Virus record (IMG/VR): IMGVR_UViG_3300032219_000626
DNA length: 64,000 bases
Strand: one strand, 5' to 3'
Source: an uncultured virus (IMG/VR IMGVR_UViG_3300032219_000626)
Lineage: Duplodnaviria > Heunggongvirae > Uroviricota > Caudoviricetes
Shown piece after piece: positions 47,012-56,500 of this stretch (position 1 is its first letter; each line of letters starts with the position of its first letter). Position numbers and translations under genes: made by a program. The notes beneath the pieces are model-generated. The model made no database searches. It worked only from the letters and a program-made list of their open reading frames with translations, and was not told the DNA's origin.

Positions 47012-47461
47012 GTGACAATATGCGAAACCACAGACTTCATGTTTCCAATGCTTGCAGATATCTATTATCCAATTGTTGAGCAAGGTGCTTATGGAGATGT
47101 TAAGAAAAACTGGGTACTAGACAAAACAATTGCTTGTCAGTTTAACACAGCAGGTACAGCAAACAAAGAAGAGCTTAGACCAGAAGTAAAGCTACTGCAG
47201 GATTCGGCACTTATTGGAAGAGTTAAAAGTGATATTCGTTTTTCTAGTGAAGACCAAAGAAACGGTCTGACAAATATTCTTGTTACAAACATTACAGACA
47301 AGAATGGTAATCTTGTTTATCTAGAAACATCTGGAACTCGTGCAGGACAGTCAACACTTTTTGAAGTAGCTACATTTGACCCATTTCTAGGTCCATTTGG
47401 AAATGTAGAGTTTTACAAGATTATTCTAAGACGCTCAGAAAATCAGGCGGTAGACCTGTGA
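47012..47461 (+). CDS. head closure-like protein
   Basis: Synteny and size. Confidence 0.5.
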   Translation: MTICETTDFMFPMLADIYYPIVEQGAYGDVKKNWVLDKTIACQFNTAGTANKEELRPEVKLLQDSALIGRVKSDIRFSSEDQRNGLTNILVTNITDKNGNLVYLETSGTRAGQSTLFEVATFDPFLGPFGNVEFYKIILRRSENQAVDL

Positions 47462-48120
47462 TATCTGTAAAGTTTGACGATAAAGAGTTGTTTAATGACA
47501 TTATGAATATTGTAAAATATTCAGAAGGCTTTGTTGATGGTGCTAATAGAGGTAAGTCAAAATTTTTACAAGAGCTTGGAGTGATTACTGTTGAAATGGC
47601 AAAAGAGTTTATTGATACAAATGCTAGACTTGACCCACAAAGACTTCATCACATTTATGAATGGTATCTAACAGGTAGTCCAGATGCAAGACTTTATGAT
47701 ATTGACTATACCGTATCTAACAGTAGGGTTGCATTCAAACATTCGTTCAAACAGTCTCAGTCTGTCAGCAGAGGCTCTACAACACCATTCTACAATAAAG
47801 CAGAAGTTATGGAAAGTGGCATTGCAGTTACCATTAAGCCAAAGTCTGCAAATGTTTTAGTGTTTGACGATAATGGAGAAACATACTTTAGACCAGGACC
47901 AATCAAAGTGGATAATCCTGGTGGACAAGTGCAAGGACAGTTTGAAAAGGTGCTAAATATATTCTTTAATCAGTATTTTACACAATCTTTCCTAAGAGCA
48001 TCTGGAATTGCCTTTAATCTAGAAAATCCAGCAGAATTCCACAGAAATCTAAGAAAGCGTAGTGGTCGTGCAGAAGGAATTAAAGCAGGGTATAATTGGA
48101 TAGTAGGAGCAGTTAAATGA
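47458..48120 (+). CDS. neck/tail completion protein
   Basis: Synteny; basic. Confidence 0.45.
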   Translation: MISVKFDDKELFNDIMNIVKYSEGFVDGANRGKSKFLQELGVITVEMAKEFIDTNARLDPQRLHHIYEWYLTGSPDARLYDIDYTVSNSRVAFKHSFKQSQSVSRGSTTPFYNKAEVMESGIAVTIKPKSANVLVFDDNGETYFRPGPIKVDNPGGQVQGQFEKVLNIFFNQYFTQSFLRASGIAFNLENPAEFHRNLRKRSGRAEGIKAGYNWIVGAVK

Positions 48121-48647
48121 CAACAACATCAATCTTAAATACACCAATGCTATGGGTTAATCATTACCTAAAAGAAAAGCTAGAAACGCTAGGCTTTGAC
48201 ACAGTGCCATTTTTTCCAAGCATACCATCAACTATTGACAACCTAACATCAAGTTTTCCAGAGGGTGGGGTTATGTGTACATACGATAGACTTATCCGTA
48301 TGCGTAGAAGACCATTTCCACACATTAAGTGTGAACAAGCAGTTTATTACTTTTATGCTACAGCAGAAAACTCAGTTGTAAATATGGTCAAGATTACTGA
48401 AAAGATTCTCAGACTTATGGACCGTGAAGATGAAACAGCAGAAGAAATAAATAAATGGCAAAAAGCAAAAGGCTCAATTAACGTAGAGGGTATCACCATT
48501 GAGCCAAATTTCTACTTCCACAATTTCAAGGTATATCAGCTTGAAGAAGTGCGAGACATCATTGACTTTGGTACTGCTAGAACCTATGGCGGTAACAAGA
48601 TTATTATTGAGTATGACTACCACATGGTTGACCAAGAGTCAATTTAA
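48117..48647 (+). CDS. tail terminator-like protein
   Basis: Immediately upstream of the tail tube gene. Confidence 0.45.
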   Translation: MTTTSILNTPMLWVNHYLKEKLETLGFDTVPFFPSIPSTIDNLTSSFPEGGVMCTYDRLIRMRRRPFPHIKCEQAVYYFYATAENSVVNMVKITEKILRLMDREDETAEEINKWQKAKGSINVEGITIEPNFYFHNFKVYQLEEVRDIIDFGTARTYGGNKIIIEYDYHMVDQESI

Positions 48648-48720
48648 TCATAAAAGGTATGTATACTTATATTGAGGAAACACCCCCCATAATTCCATAA
48701 GAATAAGAGGTGAAAAAATT

Positions 48721-49443
48721 ATGGCATATACACGTGGTACAAGTGCTAACATTATTGTTGGTGCAGCAGCCCTCTTCGCATTCGAAGATGGCGAAATGGC
48801 TTATTCAGACCTTCCAAAGGCTGTAACAAACGTATCGTACAAGGAAACACTGTCTTCAGACGTAGACTTTAGAAATGTTGGTTACACCAGCAATGGTCTA
48901 GAGCTAACCTTCGCTCCAGATTTTGGTGAGGTATCTGTTGACCAGGTTCTTGACGTAGCAAAACTCTACAAGCAGGGTATGACAGTTAATCTAAATACTA
49001 GCTTTGCAGAAGCTACCCTAGAAAACTTGCTTCTTGCTTTGGCTCGCCCAAGCACAGACGCATTCGTTTCTGGTGGTAAGGTTACAGGAGTTAGCTCGGC
49101 AACAAGAGAAGCTGGAAATGGTCTTGCAAACGAAGACACTCTAAACCTCTCTGCTGGAGAGCTTGGAGAATGTCCAATTGAACGTGGTCTAGTTGCAGTA
49201 GGTCCTGGTACAGGAGACTGTGAAGTAGGCTCGGCAATTGAGCGTATCTATGTTGCATACCGTGCTGTTTCAATCGAATCAGTTACAGTTGCAGCAAAAC
49301 GTGACGAAGCAACAATGTTTGACGTTTCGTTCCGTTTGCTTCCAACTAACTCAGCAACATACGGAAGAATTGTTGACAGAACTCTGGCAACAGGCTTCAA
49401 GGGCGGATTCCCTAGCGATTCAACCGTTAGCAACTCTCTCTAA
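48721..49443 (+). CDS. major tail (tube) protein
   Basis: VGYTSNGLEL.F.PD..EV.VDQ, T.FAEATLENL. Confidence 0.8.
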   Translation: MAYTRGTSANIIVGAAALFAFEDGEMAYSDLPKAVTNVSYKETLSSDVDFRNVGYTSNGLELTFAPDFGEVSVDQVLDVAKLYKQGMTVNLNTSFAEATLENLLLALARPSTDAFVSGGKVTGVSSATREAGNGLANEDTLNLSAGELGECPIERGLVAVGPGTGDCEVGSAIERIYVAYRAVSIESVTVAAKRDEATMFDVSFRLLPTNSATYGRIVDRTLATGFKGGFPSDSTVSNSL

Positions 49444-49461
49444 ACACAATTTAATAGTTGA

Positions 49462-49496
49462 GGCTCCCCTTACTTCGGTAGGGGGAGTTTCTTTTT
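49462..49496 (+). terminator. intrinsic terminator
   Basis: CTCCCCTTAC-TTCG-GTAGGGGGAG-TTTCTTTTT. Confidence 0.8.
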
Positions 49497-49510
49497 GGTA
49501 TACTATATAG

Positions 49511-50203
49511 ATGGCTACTAAAATATATGAATCTGGGTATATAGAACTCACAGACGGAACAAGACTACACATAACACCATTAAAAATACTTTATCTTAGA
49601 GATTTAATGGATGTGTTCAGCGACTTTAAAGATGCTGTATCAGAAGACGATACAGTAAATATGCTACTTGAATGTGGAGCAATTGCTATGAAGCAATACT
49701 ATCCGTTAATTACAAGTGCAGAAGAGCTAGCAGATAGCTTAGATATGGATACCCTGTACGAACTTCTTGACCTGTCTGCAGGAATTAAGCTAAAAAATAA
49801 AGAACAAACAGAAGACACTCCACAAAAACAAGTTTCGGACAATCCACCTGGCTGGGAATCTATGGACCTTGCAACATTAGAGTCAGAAGCATTCCTGCTC
49901 GGTATCTGGAAAGATTATGAAGAGCTAGAACGCTGCTTATCCTTACCAGAACTAATGAGTACACTAAATGCAAAAAGAGATGCAGACTATAATGAAAAAA
50001 AGTTTTTCGCTGCAATTCAAGGGGTAGACCTTGATGCCCAGTCTGGTAAAAAAGAACAAGACCCATGGCAAGCAATGAAGGCTAGAGTATTTAGCGGTGG
50101 AGCAACTAGCGACCCAGATGATATTTTAGCACTGCAAGGACAAAATGCACAAAAGGCTGGATTTGGTATTGGTATGGGGATTGGCTATGAAAAATGGGAT
50201 TAA
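49511..50203 (+). CDS. tail assembly chaperone, long (GT-like) form
   Basis: N-terminal half aligns with 50252-50569; leaderless. Confidence 0.6.
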   Translation: MATKIYESGYIELTDGTRLHITPLKILYLRDLMDVFSDFKDAVSEDDTVNMLLECGAIAMKQYYPLITSAEELADSLDMDTLYELLDLSAGIKLKNKEQTEDTPQKQVSDNPPGWESMDLATLESEAFLLGIWKDYEELERCLSLPELMSTLNAKRDADYNEKKFFAAIQGVDLDAQSGKKEQDPWQAMKARVFSGGATSDPDDILALQGQNAQKAGFGIGMGIGYEKWD

Positions 50204-50251
50204 TAAACCTCTTTTGTGTTATAATTTATTTATCAACCTATAGGAGGAACA

Positions 50252-50569
50252 ATGGCAACAACCATTAACGAACCAAATGAAATCACTCTGCCAGACGGAA
50301 CCGTTCTTGCAGTACGACCACTAAAAATCTCAATTCTTCGTGAGTTTATGAAGACCTTTGCAAGCATCGAAGAAGTTGCAGAAGACAACGATAAATCAAT
50401 GGACCTTCTAATCGAATGTGTTAGAATCGCCATGCGTCAGTACAAGCCAGAGCTTGCAGAAGACGCAGCAAAGCTAGAAGACCTTCTAGACTTGCCAACC
50501 GTATACCGCATTATTGAAGAGGCATCTGGAACTGCCATGGGCAACCAGTTTCTTGGCGGTAGAGGCTAA
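50252..50569 (+). CDS. tail assembly chaperone, short (G-like) form
   Basis: Between tail tube and tape measure; SD AGGAGG. Confidence 0.65.
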   Translation: MATTINEPNEITLPDGTVLAVRPLKISILREFMKTFASIEEVAEDNDKSMDLLIECVRIAMRQYKPELAEDAAKLEDLLDLPTVYRIIEEASGTAMGNQFLGGRG

Positions 50570-50593
50570 TAACTAAAAAAGAGGTAATGATGA

Positions 50594-53500
50594 ATGTCTG
50601 ATTTCGAGTCTAAAATTGATATCAATATTGATGCTGGTCAAGCACTAGCAGCAATTAAGACACTTCAAAGACAGATTTCAGACTTTCATACCTCCTTGGC
50701 TAAGGGTAGTGCAACAGCCAATATAAAATCACTACAAATGCAGCAATCGCTAATTGACACAATTAATGCAACTGGTCAATATTCAGCATCAATGAAAACT
50801 GTTGCATCATCAACACAAACTTTTACTACAGCACTTGAAAAGAATAAACTGTCAATGGGACAGTACTTCAAATATGCTGGTGGAGCATCTAAGAGCTTTG
50901 GAAAATTCTTTAGAACAGAAATGGACACTATCCAGAAGGTAGCCATTGAAAGAGTTAAAGACCTACAAACACAGTACGTCAAAATGGGGCGTGATGCTAA
51001 TGGAGCAATCAAAACTATTGCTATACGACCACTGGCACTTGACATGGAAAACCTGTCAACAAAAACACAAATTGCTGCACAAAAACAGCAGCTTCTAAAC
51101 CAACTTCTAAAGCAGGGTTCTACAAACCTTCTAAACTTTGGTAAGAATACCCAGTGGGCTGGTCGTCAGCTTATGGTTGGTTTTACCATTCCTCTTGGTA
51201 TTCTTGGAACTACTGCTGCTAGAACATTTATGAACATGGAAAAGCAAGCAATTGCTTTTAAGCGTGTTTATGGAGATACCTTTACAGCAAGCAAAGAAAC
51301 AGATGCAATGCTCAAGCAGGTCCAGCAACTTGCTTCTGAATTTACTAAATATGGTGTAGCAGTTGAAAAGACAATGGAACAAGCAGCTAAGGCTGCTGCC
51401 ACAGGTAAAATGGGGGCAGACCTACTAGCCCAGGTATCAGAAGCAACAAGACTTTCTGTGTTGGGTAACGTAGAGCAAGCACAAGCACTTGAAACAACAA
51501 TCTCTCTTACCAATGCCTTTGGAACTGCTGCAGATGAGCTACGTGGCAAAATTAACTTTCTAAACGCAGTTGAAAACCAAACTGTAACGTCTATTGAAGA
51601 CCTTACAATTGCTATTCCAAAAGCAGCACCAGTAATTAAACAATTGGGCGGTAATGTAGAGGACCTTACGTTCTTCCTTACTGCTATGCGTGAAGGTGGC
51701 ATTAATGCTTCTGAAAGTGCTAACGCACTAAAGTCTGGTTTGGCATCGCTTATTAATCCAACCAAAAAAGCTTCTGACTTTCTTCAAAGTTTTGGTATTA
51801 ACATTAATAAAATTGTTGAAGGAAATAAAGGTGACGTACAGGGTCTGGTTGTAGACTTTGCTAAAGCACTTGACACCCTTGACCCACTAAATCGTGCTCG
51901 TGCTATTGAACAACTATTTGGTAAGTTCCAGTTCTCACGTCTATCTACATTGTTCCAGAACGTAATTAAAGACGGTAGCCAAGCAGCAAGAGTTCTAGAA
52001 CTAACTAGACAATCATCTGCAGAGCTAGGTATTCTTGCTCAACGAGAGCTTAATAGAATTGCTTCGTCACCAATGTATAAGTTTGAAAAAGCGGTAGCAG
52101 ACTTTAAGAAAGAACTTGCACCAGTTGGTGAAGAATTCCTAAAGGCAGTAACACCTATTATTAATTTTGCAACAGATGTACTAAAAGCTTTTAATAATCT
52201 TGATGGTGGTGTAAAGCAGTTTATTGTAAACTCTACTGGTCTAATTGCTGGTATTGGTCCAGTCTTCCTAATGACATTTGGTTTGCTTGCTAACGGTGTT
52301 GCAAATATTATTAAAGGTTTTACTTTTGTAAAAAATGTGTTTAATAAGGCTGCTTCAGCATCTACCGTTCTTGGTGAGACAACCGACTACATGACTCAGC
52401 AGCAGCTAGAGGCAGCATCAGTAGCAGCATCTCTTGAGCAAGTACACAATAAGCTAACCCAAGCATTTACAGTAGAGGCTACCGCTGTTGGAAAGCTTGC
52501 TTCTGCTTATCAAAAAGCCATTGCTGCACAAGTGGCTTTTACTGGTCCAGCACCAGCAGGAAAAGGTAGAGCACCAAAGAAATATGCAGCTGGTGTCTTT
52601 AGCGTTCCAGGTCCAAAGGGTGCTGGAGACATTGTTCCAGCAATGCTTTCTCCAGGTGAAGCAGTTATTCCTGCAGGACCAGCACAAAAATATCGTGGTT
52701 TTATAAAAGGCATGATTTCTGGAAAGATTCCAGGATTTAACGATGGCACAGAAGAAGTAAAGCCTAAAAACCCTAAAAAGGTGGTAACACTTGGAGCTGC
52801 AATTAGCAAGATGAGTTCAGACCAACCAACACATCTTACAAATCAAACTGCAGCTCTGATGCATGCAGACTTTCCTAACGAGCAAGAAATTGTTAGACAA
52901 GCTTTTGCAGCACAAGGATTTGACATTGTAGGAAATGACGATGACCGAAAAAGCTATGGCGGACTAATGCAGCCTCATGCAGCACACATTGGTGGAGAAG
53001 GCTCACGCCGTGCAGTAGCGATAAATACCAAAGGCGGATGGTTTGCAAGATGGATTAAAAACTGGGCAGCTAAATTTATTACTCCACAAATAGGCGTTAT
53101 GAACAAGTATATGCAAGACATCTCTGACCCAGATATGGAAACAAAAGCAGCCGACCCTAAGCAAAAAGGAAAAAAGGTTGCTCTCTATAGAGACTTTTTG
53201 CGAGAAGACAATATAAAAAGAGTTGCAAAAGCCCTAAAAATTCCAGTTGCAGAAGTAATAAAACACGCAAAACATTTGTTTGCTGGAAATGAAGCACTAA
53301 CTCCACAAGAAACTGCAGTTCTTGGAAAAATTGCAGAAACACACAGAGACAGTATAAGAGTTACAGACAGAATGGGTAAATCTGCACGTAGAAAAGCAAA
53401 CGCTGAAATTGCAAGAACTAGTTCTATTGTAAGTCTTGCTGCACGTAGAGTATCTATGGCTAACGACCCAGGAGGATATTTTCTTGGCAGGGGAAAATAT

Positions 53501-56500
53501 AAAGATGACAAGAAAAAGAACGAAACCTTCGATAGAACCCAAGAAAGAAAACTAGAGGCTGCTACAAAAAGAGCCACAGTAGCAGAAATTAAAGCACGTA
53601 ATGACCAGGAAGCACTAGCTGCAGCACAGTCTAAAGAAGCAGTCACTGAAACTAAAGGTGCCAAACGCAGAACAAGAAAAGCGGCAACAAACGCAAAGCC
53701 TAAAACAAAGCCTAAAACAAAGCCTAAAGAGCCTCAGTCAAAAGTAACCCCAGTGCCAAAGGTAACTACAAGTGAAGACCTTGGTGAAGGACTCAGAAGA
53801 GTCGTTTCAACTGATGCAAATGGAAAACAAAAAGAAACTTATTACCAGCAAGGTCGTAGAGGTGCTCTATCAGCTACCGCAGCTCAAGCAATGCTTGCTG
53901 CTCGTTCTGGTGCTACTGCTAGTCCTGGAGGAAGAGTAAAGAGATTCCTAACAGGAGCTACTGGCAAGGTTGCTGGTGGAAGCATGATTGGTTCTATGAT
54001 TGCTCGTTCAGTAGGTGGCGAAGGTGGAGATGGGCTTGCAAACATCCTTGACATAGTAAGCACTGCTGCATTTGCTAAGGGAATGTTTCCAGAAAAACCT
54101 CTTGGTCCAGATGGCAAAAAGGTTCCTAGCCGTATTGGAACGGCAATTAGAGGCAGCACGATTGCTAAAAAAATAACACCATACCTAGATGACCTTGCAA
54201 GAGCTCTTAAAGTTGCTGCTCCAGGAATCCTAAGAGTTCTTGGACCAGTTGGTCTTGTTGTAACTGGAGGAACTATTGCATTCGATATCCTTACAGAAAA
54301 AGCAAGAAAACAGTCTGAAATCGCTGGTGCACTACTTGATACAGTTCTCGTTACAAAAGACAAGCTAGAAGCTGTAAACAACTTCTTTGGAACTGAAGCA
54401 AAGCTATCAAGTATTAGAGAAGCAGGTCCAGTTGGAATTGGAGAAACTCAAGGCGGTGCTTCTCTTGCAGAACAGTTTAGAACCAGCGAAGAATTCCAAA
54501 AAACCTATAAACCATTTGTTGAAAAAATTATTGAGGGCAGTGGCTCAGACATAACTCTAGCACTAAACTCACTAGCCGTTGAGCTAATGGCAAGCGGTCT
54601 AGACAAAGAAGTTGTTCAAATTATTATTGATGCTATCAAGCAAGAGGCAAAAAGAACAGACCTAGTAATTGACGTAAACAGCCTATCTCTTGATACAAAA
54701 GGAGGTCTAGAACAGCTAAGAAAGGGTATTGCTTCAGCAATTAGTGACTACAAGAGCAAGGTAAGCGAATTTGACCCATTTGGCTTTAATGCTAATTCTC
54801 TAAAACTATCGCTACAAGAAGTTACAAACTTCCTAAATGGTTTGGGTACAGCATATCAATCAACAGCAGTTAGCTCAAAAGACTTCAACAGACAGTATGA
54901 CCTATTTATTCAAAAAGTAAATACTCTTTCATCAAAAGAAGATAAGCTAAAGTTCCTTAACGATTCGCTAAAGCTTCTTTCTCCAGAAATTGCTGCACTA
55001 ACTCAAGGACTATATAATTTAGACAGTGCAGCACTTCTTGTAAAACTTACTCTTGCTGGAATTGGCATAAGTAAAGAAGCTGCAAATATTCTAAGAGTTA
55101 ATGACCCTAAAGACGTGAAGGCTTTTTATGAGGCTGCTGACAAGGCATTTAAAGCAAAAGATAAGCAGCTCGCTTCCTTAACTGCAAAACAAAAACAGCT
55201 TACGGATGCACAAGAACAGCTAGAGAAAAAAGAAAGTGACATTAATGATAAGTACGACGAAAGAATTACAGCACTTGAAAGAATTAATGACCTACAAAAA
55301 CAAATTGCAGAAAAACAAAAGTCACAGCTTGACCTAGCAGATGCACTTTCAAGAGGAGATGTTTTTGCTGCTGCAAAAGCAGTTCAAGATATTAGAGCCA
55401 AGGATGCTCAGTATGCAATAGAGCAGCAAAAGCAAGCTTTAGAAGATGCTAGAGCAAAAGAGACAGGTGCTGTACAGGATAAAATTGGTGGAATTCAGAA
55501 ACAGATTCAAAACATTGATTCTCAAATTTTGCAAATTCAGAATGCAAATATTACTATTGATACATACCTATCTAAAGAAGATTATGAAGCTGGCTACGAA
55601 CTTCCTCCAATTAAACCAGAACTAAGACCAGGTATTCCAAAGGGGCAAGGTATCCGTGTATTTAAAGACGACAAGGGAAAGCAGTATACCACAGTAGAAC
55701 AGCTAAACCAATTCTTAAATGCTGGATGGAAGAGTACCACTAGGGTTGGTACAACCTTTCCAGATAAAGATGGCAAAACATGGAAGGTTACTCAGGCAGT
55801 AGATACCGATGGAAACAATGAGCCAAATTTTGTATACGTTACTCCAGCCGAAGTTAAAAAGGCAGCTGGTGGATATATTTCTGGTCCAGGTAGCGGTACA
55901 AGCGATTCAATCCCAGCAAGACTTTCAGACGGTGAATATGTTATTAGAGCAAAGGCAGTACAAGCCCTAGGAACAAATGTTCTTGACAAAATGAACTACG
56001 CAGATAAATTTGCTAAGGGTGGAATTGTAAATAAGCCAAAAACTGGAAGCACAGCAAGCATTTACTCTGATGATAAATCAGTGGACATGAGTGATGGTAA
56101 TGTTATTGGTCACGGTCTAAACTTTGTAATGAACAGCATTTACGAAATGTTGTTTGGTAAGTGGGCTGTAAAGACAAAACAGGGAACTCCTACTGCACCA
56201 GACCTTGAAGACATGGGAACAATGGCAATGAACATTGTTCCAATCCCAGGAATGAAAGGATTTAAGTCAGCCCAACTAGCAGCAAAGGGCTTTATGCAGA
56301 CTGGAACAGTTGCTGGAGCAAAAGCTGCTCAGTCTGGAGCAAAGCTAAAAGCCCTAGATAGCTTTAGTCTTTCTAGCCCACTAACAAGGCAGGGTGTAGA
56401 AATTGGCGAAATGGCTAAATACACTCCAACACAATCAGACTACTACCTAAAAGCATACAAGAGCGATACAGCAGTTCAAATGCCATATAAGGGAATTAAT

